Both the position numbers and the translations under genes were made by a program. DNA of 64,000 bases. Source: Antedon mediterranea (taxonomy: Eukaryota > Animalia > Echinodermata). The stretch covers positions 6,319,812-6,383,811 of the forward strand of contig NC_092675.1 in NCBI RefSeq assembly GCF_964355755.1, read 5' to 3'. Positions within the stretch are counted from its first letter, which is position 1; every line of letters starts with the position of its first letter. A model generated the notes under the pieces. That model did no database searches. It was not told the origin of the DNA and worked only from the letters and a program-made list of their open reading frames with translations. Shown in pieces: positions 38,519-50,623 of this stretch.

Positions 38519-41500
38519 CTTATGTACAGTATATAACAATGAAGTAAAAGTACATAGCATAAAGAAGATGTCCTGGGGCCGTATTCACCATTCACACTTA
38601 GGCTAAAGGAAAAAAATTACCCTTAAAATAAAAAAAATCTCCTATCTAAGTGAATACAATTTAAGGGAAATATTTATTGAATCTCACTTAAGTGTAATTG
38701 GTAAATACGGCCACAGTGTCTTAATATTCTATATATACACTGTGTTTTGTATGTATTTTTCTAGGGTAATCTGTATCCCCATAGGTGGTTTATTTCATTA
38801 TTAAGGCCTTGAAATTGCAGTGTAGACAAGGCCAAATAATAGCACCTCTGCCCCCAACATTTTGAGGAAGAAAGGGGTTAAAGTGGGTTTAAATTAGCAC
38901 TGCTGGCATATATTTCCTGTATTGCAGGAGAATAATGTATTCATTGTTAGATGTATGCCAAATTATTAAACAAGCAATAATAACATACAGCTAGGAGTAC
39001 CAGAAATAGTAAGATTGAAAACAAAACAGGAAGCCCTACAAGAATACCTGTATTAAACAGACATTAATATGATTAAAATGATCAAATTGAAAAATCAATT
39101 CTGTTTAAAGAGCAAGACTACATACAATTTGTTTTAATTTAAAATAAATTTATTCTGAATGATCCTATTGCGCTATCAGTATAGTAGGAAATCATACATA
39201 TGCGTAGGTATCTTAAAAAAATAATAAATTACAAAAATAGAAAAACTATTGCAGTCAAAGAATGCTGAATTGCAGATATTATTTTTTAATATAAAACAAA
39301 CAATTCATCAACATCAAAATGGTAACATTTAAAACATAATAATGTTAATGATAACAATAATAATGATAATAATTGATTGGTACTACACTTTTGACACACT
39401 TCAACTTAATATGAAAGTGCATCCATAACATACACAACTAGAAAGTCACTCCCGAGAGTGTAAAATTCTCCTACATAAGATTTCTCCGGTAAAAAAAATA
39501 TATATATATATTTGTGTGTGTCTTAATGCTGTTTGTGATGTAGGCTAAATTCACTACAAGCATTTGTATGCGAGTTTGGTGTAATCAAGCCTTTCAATTA
39601 ACAATAGCTTCAGTTGACTAACAATAGAAAAGCAACACGAAAATCAAAAGAGTGAATTTGAAAAGAAATAACTTTTTTAAACTACTCGCATCAAAACATG
39701 TGCACATTAAATCAAATTATGTTTTAAAATTACAAATCACAAATTATAACTCTTGCCTCTTGTACAAAAATGAAGTTTTTTGGACAAGTAGTTCTCGAGA
39801 AAATGCAATTTCAGTTTACTTGTTACGTTAAGACTGCTGGCCGGCTTTTGAAAAATTCTGCCCTATCTTTTAACACTAGCAGGTCTGAAAAGTATACTTA
39901 AAAAGTGGTCCAGAATTGGGACCATGGTCCCAAATGGTCCCAATGTCCTTGACCACATATCTATCTGTATATTTATTTTGGTAAAGATCTTGTAATTACT
40001 TTTTGAGTAATCCTGCTAACAAACAAACAAACAAACACACGTTACCGATTCTCCTTGGTGGAGGTAAACAAGTAAACACAATTAAAGTATCAAAAAATAC
40101 AATTTCTACTATTATACAGAAGGAATGTCTTGTTCCCGGTGAAACCATGGTTCAAATGTAGTCACACCACATTTACAGTTATTTCCCATTTTCCAGTTAA
40201 ATATTTTCATTTTATTCATTCAACATTACTTTGTGTATATAGTTAGATTTCTGCTGAGTGAAACCGGACTAAATCTAAAAATAAAAGGTGCAAAAGAACA
40301 GCCAATATTCCAAACCAACATCGGCACCCCTCAAGGAGATAGCTTAAGCCCGGTCTTATTCACTGTTTACCTTGAGTCTGCGCTACGAGGAATCAGAACA
40401 ATTATCCAAACAGAAATACCTCAAGAGATATCATATGCTGATGATGTAGATTTTTTGAGTCTAAACAGCAAGCATAATGTAAACGAATTAGAACGCCATT
40501 TATCAACTTTCAACTTAAATGTAAATAAAGAAAAAACAGAACACACTATCGTAAGACGAGAAAAAGAGGACATACAAGAACAATGGAGAAACACGAAAAA
40601 AGTAGGATCGCTCCTTGGGGACAGACAAGACATAATTAGAAGAAAACAACTAGCGCGTGTAGCAATGACCAAACTAAACTCGATGTGGCTTTGAAAAGAT
40701 AAAATCAAATTAAAAATACGTATCAAGCTGTACAACTCACTAGTTAAAAGTATATTACTCTACAACTCTGAAACATGGGGACTCACAAAAGAAGAAGCAC
40801 ATAAACTCGACACATTTCACAGACAGCAACTTCGCAAAATCATAGGTATCAGGTTCCCAGACAGGATATCGAACATAAATTTATACAGAAGGACAGGAAC
40901 AAAACCGATTTCATTAGAAATAGTCGACGCAAGATGGAGACTATTGGGTCACATACTTAGACAAGACCCATGTACAACAGCCAACACAGCAATAAGCTAT
41001 TATTTCAGCAACACTACCAATATAAAATGGAAGGCCGAGGAAGACCGAGAACCACCCTACCAATAACTCTCAGCAACGACCTACTCACCCTTTATAAGCA
41101 TAATACAGACATTAAGTATCCCGGACAATTGAAAACCAAGAAAGACATGAAACAACTTAAAGAACTAGCCAATGAAAGATCAGACTGGAAGAAACTAGTA
41201 AAAGAGATTTACGGAGCAGCCCAAGCGGAAATGTCGGCAGACTTTTCAGCGGAAAGGCAGTAATAATATAATATAATATATTATAAATTCATACCTGTAT
41301 GAATACATGATGGCAGAGAATCTGACCAATCACCATTTGACTGACAGGTGACACTCGCTGATCCAATCAAAAGTTTTGTACTATCGCACACAAACCATAC
41401 TTCTTCACCGGGGCTATATTCATCTTTTGAATGTTCCAACGTCATCAGGTTATCATTCATTTTAGGAGGTTTACAGATGGAAGAGGATTGAATAGTTGTT

Positions 41501-44500
41501 GGCAGTGCTAATGAAAACAAAATAGTACATAGTCAATTTAATTGGTTTGTACAGGAAGGTAGGTCTGATGTGATGTGATGAGGGCATGTGGCACAGTGTG
41601 TTGGACATTTTGGACTACTGATCGTGATATACTGGTTTGAATCCAACGTTCCATTGCTTATATCCTTAGGCAAGACACTTTAATCAAGTTTGCTTTTCTC
41701 CACCCAGGTGTACAAATGGGTACCTGGTATGTCAAGACACAACTTTGCTTTAATTACTAGCTGCATTAAGGGACTATGTTTCCATCTGTGTTTGATTAAA
41801 AAATGACTGAGGTAATAATATGGTACAGCGCTTAGAGGTTTCACAATATTAGGGGCTTTATAAATCCAGGATATTATTATTATTAATGAGTTTAAACATA
41901 CAGAAAGTAAATTATTTATTTTATTTAAAGAAAGTTTATTAAGAAATGGTATTAGAATGCAGGCCCGTATCCAGGGGGGGTGCGTTGGGTGCAGACGCAC
42001 CCCCCCCCCCCCCAAGTCCCAAAAGGTCCACTATTTCCTCGGTTGGTATTTTTTCTTGTCTTGTTTAACTAAAGACAATATCATTATATATATACAAAAT
42101 TTACATTATCAATGGTATACAAACAAAAATATGCTAATATAAAATGAAAAAATACCGGTAATTAAATTACGGAATCTGAACTGACTACAAACTCGATGTA
42201 AAACATGCACAGTCGATCATGTGACGACAAGCAATAGCTTAGCGCTTCATGTACGCGGTACGCGGTAAAGTGTTTGCTGGAGAAATACAACTTAACGTCA
42301 GGGAACACGTGTACTTTTTGTCGGGGAACATAATATAGGCCTACAGTAAAAAGCGTTCGCGTTCACTTCGTAGCTAGCTTCAGCGCCTAGAAAACCGCGA
42401 CGTTTCATTGACCGTGAGAGTACGTCAGAGTGATAATTATGCACTTTATATGCATTCATTATTGCCAGCGATCTAACTTACTACTAAACAATAGCTAGGT
42501 ACGCACTTGTCTGGCGGTATCCCTTTGTACGAATCGTTCAACGTTGGGTCGAGACGCGTGATATCAAGTTTCATCCAGGGACCAAAATGTGTAATGTGTT
42601 ATTTTCCAGGCGAAGTTTACCGACGGTTACGTCGTGTACTGCGTCGACGTACGCTACACTACAGCAAAAACGAATTATGTTAATTGTTCGTTTGTTCACC
42701 AATTTTTTAATTTACAAGTAACCTTCTGTACCGTGGGGCACCTAAAATAAATTTTTCATCCATTACTAAACAAAAAAACATGCCATTTTCGCTTAGCCAA
42801 CATTATAGCTATAGTTATTACATTTTCAATATCCTGTATGTCATGAATTTCTCACCACTCGGAAGTCCAGATGGTACGCATGCATACACCTGGGAGGAAT
42901 AAACTTTTTTCACCGACTGAAAAAGGTCTACGCTTGCGTTTTTTAAGCCTCTAGGCCTGATGTTTCCAAAGTATAAAATGCAATTTTTTGAAGACCTGCA
43001 GCTCTAGTTTTAAACATTTGCTTAGCTCAGCCCCAACAATAAAGCTGGTCATATTTCGAAGAACAAGAAGTACATTTTCCGGGACCTAACATCTCTATTT
43101 TTCAAACATTTCTTAGCTCAGTCACAACCCATGATAGGGACTTATATATTTTTTTTCATGTTTTGAAGTATAATAAGTCCAATTTCCGGGACCTCCAACT
43201 CTATTTTTCAAAATTTTCTTTGAACTTTTATTTTTTAAATTGAAAAATATGGATTGAAACAGTCATCGCGCATCGTTTTTTTGCACGCAGTATTTTATTT
43301 GTGCATTATAAAAAATGGAAAAAATGGCTACCCTAAATCTGATTAAAAAGGCCTCAAATGACGCTAGAACGCGTTGCTTCCGGGGGCTTCGCCGCCCACC
43401 GGGGGCCCTTGGCGGCCCCTGGCCCTCAGCCTAGTGATGCTCGCTTCGCTCGCATAGCCCCCTCGTCGGGGAATGTAGCCCCCGCGTCGGGAAGATCCTG
43501 GCGCCACCCCTGCTGAGTTGGCCTCATCATGAAAGCGTTAAGTTCTGGTGTCCATCGTTCAACTAGCCCAAGCCACAACAGAGAGTCTTACATCAGTCTT
43601 TAGAACGTCAAATAACGCAAATTTTTTCAGGGCCTTCGGCCTCTGGACCCTGGCCGGGGGCCCTTGGCGGCCCCCTGGCCCCCAGCCATTGTTGCTCGCT
43701 TCGCTCGCACCCCCCCATTATAAATGCTGCATACGGGCCTGGAATGGAAATTTAAACAACCTTGAAGTAGCTTTGGCTCAGGAAGCTACAGGAAGTTAAT
43801 TGATCACATGATAGTTTTTACATAAAGTAATAATATTAATAGTCTTTCAAAAATGGAAATCATCAAAACGTTTGTTCATATCATTTTTTGAATGGGACCC
43901 CAGCGTTACCCCTGGATCTTCCCCAGTTTGCCCTAATTACGTGTTGAACCCAAGAATCATGTGAACATTTTTTTATATTCCCAAATGTATTAGCATAATT
44001 ACGTCAATTAAATAGTATCAGCTTGCTATAAAAATGCAATTTAATATAGATCAATGGCTTCATCTTTGACATGCCTTCGAGTGAACTTCTATCCTCGTAA
44101 ATCAAGAATACATCAACTTTACCTATTTCACAGAGTCTTCCTTGAGAACCTGTTGAGCAACTGCATCGGAAGTGGTTAATGCGGTCATTGCAAACACTCC
44201 ATTTAAACAAGGAGAACTGTTGCATTCATCAATATTTGAAAATAAATTGGAATGGTAAAGCTATTTTTATATTAAATACTTCCATTTTGCTCATTTCTTT
44301 AACACCTCAAGAAGGAAAACCAATTTCAAGTAATGACATTGTTAGTTAAATAAGTAAAGTATAATTATCATGCATTTGAAAAATTAATGACAGAACATCG
44401 AACTACAGAAAGAGTCATGGAAAAGATTATAGCATACTCAATGTCTACACAAGATGAACAAAATGGTTAAAATGTAAAGGTATTATTGTCATCCTTAAGC

Positions 44501-47500
44501 TTAAATGGAAACTGAGGAAATTTGTATTAGGCGCCCTCCACGGACACACGACAGCCACCAGTGGCCGCCTACCAGATCAGCACACCAGGAGATGATCTCT
44601 CTACTTTTTCAAATAGTGTACAAGCAGATAATGCCAGTTTTTAACATTTTATTTTATACTCATCTAACAGCGAGCACAAGCTCAACTATTACAGGATTGA
44701 TAAACTATTTGATAGTTTATCATGCTTATAAACTAAAGTATTATTTGAGGCTTAAGGAGTCGAGTTGAAAGAAGTCATGAGTTACAACCCTGGCACTAGG
44801 TCAAAATTGAATCATGGACCTTGGGATTGGAAGTCAAGCACGTTAACCACCAAGCTACAGCTCCACAGTTTTGCTTGAACGTACCTTTTTTTTTTTGCGA
44901 CTGAAAATATAGTTGTATTTTTACTTTTTTTGGTCTTACCTATATCACATAATTTTCCTTGAAATCCATTTCTACACTCGCATACAAACATTTCAATATA
45001 GTCAACACATGTTGCTGTGTTTTGACATGGTGAACTTGCACACTCATCCATTTCTGTTAAATATAACATACTGTAAATATATATATAAATTACATTTTCA
45101 ACAAATCTAAAGAAAAAATACTGAAAAGGATGGAATCAGTGGCTAGATACAATAAAATAGAAAAATAAAGAAAAGCAGTTGCTACCAAGCATTTTCAAGA
45201 GTTCATGCGTAATTTATTAATTTAAATTGAGTTGAATTAAATTTTGTTATCAATTCATGTTAGCTTAGGCCTGATACTGTTAAATGTTGATTATAACAAA
45301 ATGACCTTCCTACTCTAGAATACAGAAGATTGAGATCCGCACTGATTCAAGTATTCAAAATGTTCTACGGTTTTACTAAATGTAACAATGAGGATTTTTT
45401 TACCGTAACCACTGAATCTAGAACCAAAGGACACTTTTTGAAAATTATTAAACCTTGTACTCACTTAATTAAGGATCCGGCAGAAATTTTTTACAAACTT
45501 TATTATCAACAAATGGAACAACTTGCCTCAGGATGTAATAGAAGCTGCAAATGTTAATCAATTTAAAAACCGACTAGAAAAGAAACACCACCCACTAAAG
45601 TTTTCTTCATATGATAGACCATGTAATAGAATATACCAGAGGGACACACAAGCATTGCTTTAGATGTCCAAGATCAAGGTAAATCAAGGTAAATAATAAT
45701 AATAATAATAATGATAATCATACTGTACATATGTACTACTATACATACCATAAATGTGTAATCCACCAGCTCGATCAAAAACAGCCGAACCAACTTGTTC
45801 AACTTGATTCGTACCATCAAAACGATTAATCCGTTTAAGATTCTCACTTCGCCAGTCGGTCCAGTATAAATATTGGCCGTGTACCGCTACATCAAACGGG
45901 TGACCGACTACTGAACCATAAACCAATGTTTGACGAAAATTACCAAACAAATCTGACGATTCGATTTTTTGAAGTGATGCATCGCACCAATATAATTTAT
46001 TTTCTTAAAGAAAAAAAACATCATAGATCATTATAGGAACTGAATTCACAATCAAATTGTTTATAATAAATATTCAATATGTTCTAGACCATCACTGGCT
46101 GCAACATGGATTTTTATTATTATTATTTTTATTATTATTCTGAATAAATGTATTATGTTATAATGTTTATATTAAATTATCTATTACAGAAACATACTTT
46201 TAGCATAACAATCTATTTATATATCAAAAAGGAACTGAGAAAACATTGTAAAAGAAATTGTTTTAGATATCAATTTAAGTTACATTTATTTTTATTTTAA
46301 TACATTTGGTATAAAAATACATAGTGTAATGACTACTAAAGTTAAAAGCTGTAAAAACTTGAATGCAATTTAATTCAATAGTAATAACTGCTAATAACTC
46401 ATTTGCCTTAGTGGCCATGCTTTCATCTTGACAACCTAGATGGCGCTCTTTTGAACATGGGCAACCATGTGAGTATATAAAGCTTTGGATATTACAATTA
46501 GGAAGGTAGACTTGCCTCAAGTCTGAATTTTTTTAATTTATTTGATTTTATTTCGATTTTTGTAGTATCCAAGCTCAAGTATATGTATGAAACGCCATAA
46601 TATCTATCTTTTTACTAATATTAAGACAAAACTCCGTCTGGAACCTGGACAATTAGGAAGTAAAATAAAAATGTTGTATAGACCTACCACAGAAATGTTT
46701 GTTTTAGATTACCAATTAATTTAAAAACTCTATTTATACAACAGGCCTATGTATGTAGGCCTACAGTACAGTATGTACTGCAAAATGAAACACAAAACAC
46801 AGAGTGTTTGATTTTTCGACAACAAAATCAAATATTTGGTTTATCCAATTTAAAGTAAATCATATATTATCTAACAATAGGTGTAAAATATACAAAGATA
46901 AGACTTTATAAAGCAAATAAATGAGTCTGATAAATATATTGTATATTTGAAGATAAGTTAAATTAATATTTTATAATAAATAAACAAACAAATAAATAAA
47001 CCCTAAAGCATCATACCTTTAGGGTCAACAGCAATTCCATTAGGCCAAACCAAATCAGTCCCTACAATGACCAGACGATTTAAACCATCAAGATCAGATC
47101 GCTCTATCTTTGCATCACTACCCCAATCAGTCCAAAACAGAAGCCTAGTGTATAAGAATATAAACAAACATTAAAAATACATTTGAAACCTTCATAATGA
47201 CAGCACCAATATTTCTAAAGTAAAATATGGATTGTTTATTGTATGGGTAAAATCAGTTCTTAAGCATAGAAAAAAATTACCATTTAGAGAAGAACACGCC
47301 CCTTCTCTATAAGAATTTAAAAATGACTTTAAAAATATACATTTTAAACCATAAATCAATCATAGAGCACTATATTTTATAAGAAAACGCCCCTTTGCCC
47401 CTGAATTTATCTCAGCATAGCCTGCGTTTCATTTATCTATTCACAAAGATAATTAGCTACAGATGTATGTTTACTTATCTAATGTTTGTACTTTGACTGC

Positions 47501-50500
47501 TAATAGTTAATACTAAAACAATTTTGGTCTTATTTTTCAGCCCAAATAATAATACTTTTAATAATTATAATATTGTTTAATAATAAACCAAAATACATAC
47601 TTATGGTACTTATGATAACAACATACTTTTGGACGTAGATCAATTTGGACAAATATTCTTCCTAAAAACAGGAAACATTTAACAGGTTCACATTTGAGGC
47701 CAGTCCAACGCAGGGGCGGATTCAAGGTGGTGGATTCAGGCCCCCACCCCCTAAAGTTTACAAAGTATGCATAGGACATCAAATTAAGCTCAGCCCTTCA
47801 TTTCACTATTTTTAGGACATGGGTCCACCCTATTTCAAAATCCTGGATCTAATAAAATTATTAATATCAATTTAAGATATTTTAAAAATCATACCCATGA
47901 AAGCTGTCTACAACAATAGCACGAGGCTTACTTAAGCCATCGTTTACAATAGTGCTGCGATCGGTTCCATTTAAATAAGCCACCTCGATACGATCATTGC
48001 CAGAATCCGTCCAAAACAGTCTTTGCAAAGTTGAATGAACGGCCAGTCCATCAGGAACTAAAAACAAAATGAATATATTTTATATTTACTAGAAAAGAAT
48101 TCAAATATAAATTATCCATAAAATAAGATATATTGTATTGTGTTATATTTATTTATTTATGTATATTTTGGTTCTTCTTTTTGCTCATCTAGTTAATAGT
48201 ACCAGTAAAAACTACCATAGTATCTTTTAAAAATGTTAGAATACGATGCTTTTTTAATTAATGAATTAAAAAAAACACCAATTCTACCCACAATTTAAAA
48301 GAACCACTCAAAAATCATTAAGTTTAGTCAGTAAAGGGGTTGAACCTGGGCATGAAATACCTGAGCCTCTTAAGTTACATAAGAATCCTCTAATATTTAA
48401 AATAAAAAACAAAAATAAATTACTTTTGCAATACTATGATAAAACAGGTATTTTTTAAAATTACATTTTACTCTCTGAGAAAACTATCTTATTTTTGTTA
48501 AGATAAAAAAAAAGATTGTTTGCATTTCTTAAAAGTTACATTTTGTTTGCCTATGCCCTTGTGCTTTTTTCTCATATTTCTAATTATATATATAATAAAC
48601 AAATCAGGCAAAGAACATTAATTCTAAACCGCCCGGTGATATACTGAAATTTAATTAATTAATTTGAAACGATAAAGATGAGGAAATCTGTGAGAATCAT
48701 GAGAAAAAGTCGCCCCAACCGAGACTCGAACTCGGACCGCCTGCTTGATATGCAGATGTCCTAATCATTAGACCACTGGGGCTTTCATGGTATTGTTCGA
48801 ACTCGATTGGAAAGCGACTCTATAACATTCTCGGCGTGGTATGGCAGAAAAGCACTAGTCCTCAGTTGTTTTGTAACAGGGTGTCTACTTACAAGCTCTG
48901 TGCTTCTGGATTCCCCCTTTCCATTCTTTTGTTTTGTAATGATTATTTATGTATGTTTATGTTTATGTGAATTGAAATAAAGAAACAATTCAGTTCCTAA
49001 AGATGTCTAAAGTATCTTATTTTTTTCTTCTTACCTGTTTGTATTCATATCATGTTTAACTGCACTGTGTTCAGAAAGCAAACATTTATTGAACCTCCCA
49101 GAATTAATAAACTTAGATGTTTCATTTATTTAATGAATACTTATTATAATTCTTCTAGACAAGGTCACTGCAAATTAATTCTCAATATCGGTAATAATAC
49201 AATAATATAATTAAAGGTGTCTCTAGCATTTAGCAAGTAGATTTATAAAAAGTCAAAAGACAAATCTGTCATGCCTGAGGCCAGAAGATATTATGTTGAT
49301 AATTCCCTGCCAGAAAATGGTAATGTCATTGCAACTATTAGTCTGTTTAGTGTTTTACAGTATATCAAAATGTTTTTTATTTTATTGAAACAATATGGAA
49401 TAACTAAAATGTATTTATTATGCGATACTGATACCATTGATACTGAAAATAAATTAATTTTATAAATAATAAAGAAATGTGTGAGAATGAGAACAAGGCT
49501 GCTGCCTCGAAGAAAATTCAAACTCAGAATCTATCTGGTGCTTGAATGCACCCATTCTACCATTAAACCACTATGATTTTCATGGTAATGTTCAAATTTA
49601 ATTGGATACAGCTCTTTTACATCATCAATTGTATGCCAACGCAACAAACAGTGGTGGATCCAAGATTTTGAAATAGGGGGAGGGGGGGGGGGGGAATTGA
49701 GAGGGGGGCCAGCTTTGACTCCTCCCCTTTATACAGAGACCACATTGATAAGTCCTGATCTTTAATATTGATTCACAAAGCAGGAACTCCAAACAAAATT
49801 AATTTATCAGTTGAATATTAAAGAGTATTGTTGGTAAATTTGATCTTACCTTGGGCATCTGTAATTAAAGTCTCATAATTAGAACCATCATATCTAACTC
49901 TATGAATGCTGTTTAAACTAACATCAGTCCAGAATATAAAGCCTTGGTTCGGTTCGAAGTCTACCGCAACTGGTTTCAACATTGTCATATTAACATCCAA
50001 TTCTGACCATAAAATTGGTCCACTTTCAGAAAGTTGAGAGGTGCACACATTGCCTTTGTTCAAATCAGCAACAAAAATAATATCTTTGACAAACAAAAAT
50101 GAAATCTTATGATTCTCAACCATTGTGAATATAAGTTTTAATATGGTATAACTAAGCAATTTACTTGAATATATTGTATGATAGAAAGTAAAAAGATTTT
50201 AATTCATCACTTTAGATAAGAGATAATCGGTACACAAAAATCGTAGGTTATCTGCGCAACATGCATGTACATTAAAATACGAGTACAGAAAGTTGATGTA
50301 CTCATATAATAATAAAATAACATAAGATTTCATACAGATTTTCTTTCATTCATACACATTTATTCAGTTATTTGACAATAACCGGGGCCCGCACTAGAAG
50401 CAATAGCTTGTCTCATGAGGGCCCTTACAATAGAGTTGTTTAAAATTAATTTGAAAACAAAATTATGAATTATAATAATTATACAGTATACTATATTAAG

Positions 50501-50623
50501 TTTACAGATGAAAGCCCAGCATTAAAGATTAAAAAAGAATTTTGTATAGTATAGTATACCTGTAAGAGCAGTTTTTAATTGAAAAAGAATTAACATCCAA
50601 ACGAATATTAAACAGTGCAACAT
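38259..50623 (-). CDS. Type I membrane protein: signal peptide - YWTD (LDLR class B) beta-propeller - EGF - Sushi/CCP - TM - short tail; complement(join 50623-50560, 50083-49850, 48057-47895, 47144-47017, 46003-45749, 45053-44940, 41507-41295, 39047-~38980, ~38502-38259)
   Basis: Seven exons join in frame with GT-AG boundaries (FWTD, FWTD, FWTD, YWCD, YWTD repeats; calcium-binding-type EGF; CCP). The TM and tail exons are visible but their junction is unresolved. Confidence 0.85.
38947..39047 (-). CDS. Transmembrane exon of YWTD receptor ([25 protein letters not shown])
   Basis: tacag acceptor, phase 1 gives a >20-residue hydrophobic run; donor uncertain (read-through stop at 38947-38949). 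Confidence 0.7.
39436..40067 (-). mobile_element. Second copy of the Helentron-like element, inverted, with (CAAA)n microsatellite
   Basis: About 400 bp reverse-complement match to 25200-25700; AACTAG start, ggtggaggtaa end. Confidence 0.7.
40240..41284 (+). mobile_element. 5'-truncated RTE-clade LINE
   Basis: [13 protein letters not shown] and YADD RT motifs; [26 protein letters not shown]-terminus; one stop at 40692 and a frameshift; (TAATA)n tail. Confidence 0.92.
41295..41507 (-). CDS. Sushi/CCP domain exon (CKPP...[11 protein letters not shown]...[22 protein letters not shown])
   Basis: Four-Cys plus Trp CCP consensus; 213-nt phase 1-1 exon. Confidence 0.92.
41581..41886 (+). mobile_element. 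tRNA-derived SINE with conserved core and (TAT)n tail
   Basis: A-box tggcacagtg, B-box ggtttgaatcc, tccttaggcaagacacttta, ccacccaggtgtacaaatgggtacc, LINE-like 3' end. Confidence 0.8.
41960..43741. mobile_element. Non-autonomous DNA transposon (hAT-type termini, 5-bp TSD)
   Basis: TIR CAGGCCCGTAT...ATACGGGCCTG; GAATG on both flanks; GC-rich subterminal repeats; no transposase ORF. Confidence 0.85.
44123..44235 (-). pseudogene. Inactivated EGF pseudo-exon
   Basis: [12 protein letters not shown] / [24 protein letters not shown] in two frames; 113 nt (1-nt deletion); acceptor reads ttttcAA instead of ttttcAG. Confidence 0.8.
44940..45053 (-). CDS. Calcium-binding-type EGF exon ([18 protein letters not shown]...CDI)
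   Basis: 114-nt phase 1-1 exon with six EGF cysteines. Confidence 0.92.
   Translation of the reverse strand, partial: KWMSVQVHHVKTQQHVLTILKCLYASVEMDFKENYVI
45297..45718 (+). mobile_element. CR1-like LINE 3' fragment
   Basis: [29 protein letters not shown] motifs; (TCAAGGTAAA)2 plus (TAA)n tail. Confidence 0.82.
45749..46003 (-). CDS. YWTD receptor exon (KLYWCDA...HPFDVAV...LYWTDW...GLHIY)
   Basis: Last two propeller blades; phase 1 to 1. Confidence 0.92.
47017..47144 (-). CDS. YWTD receptor exon ([20 protein letters not shown]...[10 protein letters not shown])
   Basis: Canonical LDLR class B repeat; phase 2 to 1; absent from ORF track. Confidence 0.92.
47895..48057 (-). CDS. YWTD receptor exon (PDGLAV...LFWTD...PRAIVVD)
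   Basis: Canonical LDLR class B repeat; phase 1 to 2. Confidence 0.92.
48711..48782 (-). tRNA. tRNA-like sequence (anticodon ATC), probably a repeat-borne pseudo-tRNA
   Basis: 72-nt cloverleaf folds by hand (GCCCCAG/TTGGGGC, TCTGC/GCAGG, CCGAG-TTCGAGT-CTCGG), T5 run follows; D-loop GG reads GA and position 32 is A; decayed relatives at ~49515-49610 and ~56376-56457. Confidence 0.45.
49850..50083 (-). CDS. YWTD receptor exon, propeller start (IIFVAD...[17 protein letters not shown]...)
   Basis: Inside ORF 49818-50159; aag acceptor, gtaaga donor. Confidence 0.88.
50560..50623 (-). CDS. YWTD receptor signal-peptide exon ([21 protein letters not shown])
   Basis: ATG at 50623, hydrophobic leader, donor CAG|gtatac, phase 1 matches next exon. 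Confidence 0.75.

Noticed and set aside
40233-41263. Active or domesticated reverse transcriptase gene
   Set aside because: 5'-truncated, with an in-frame stop and a frameshift; ordinary dead RTE copy.
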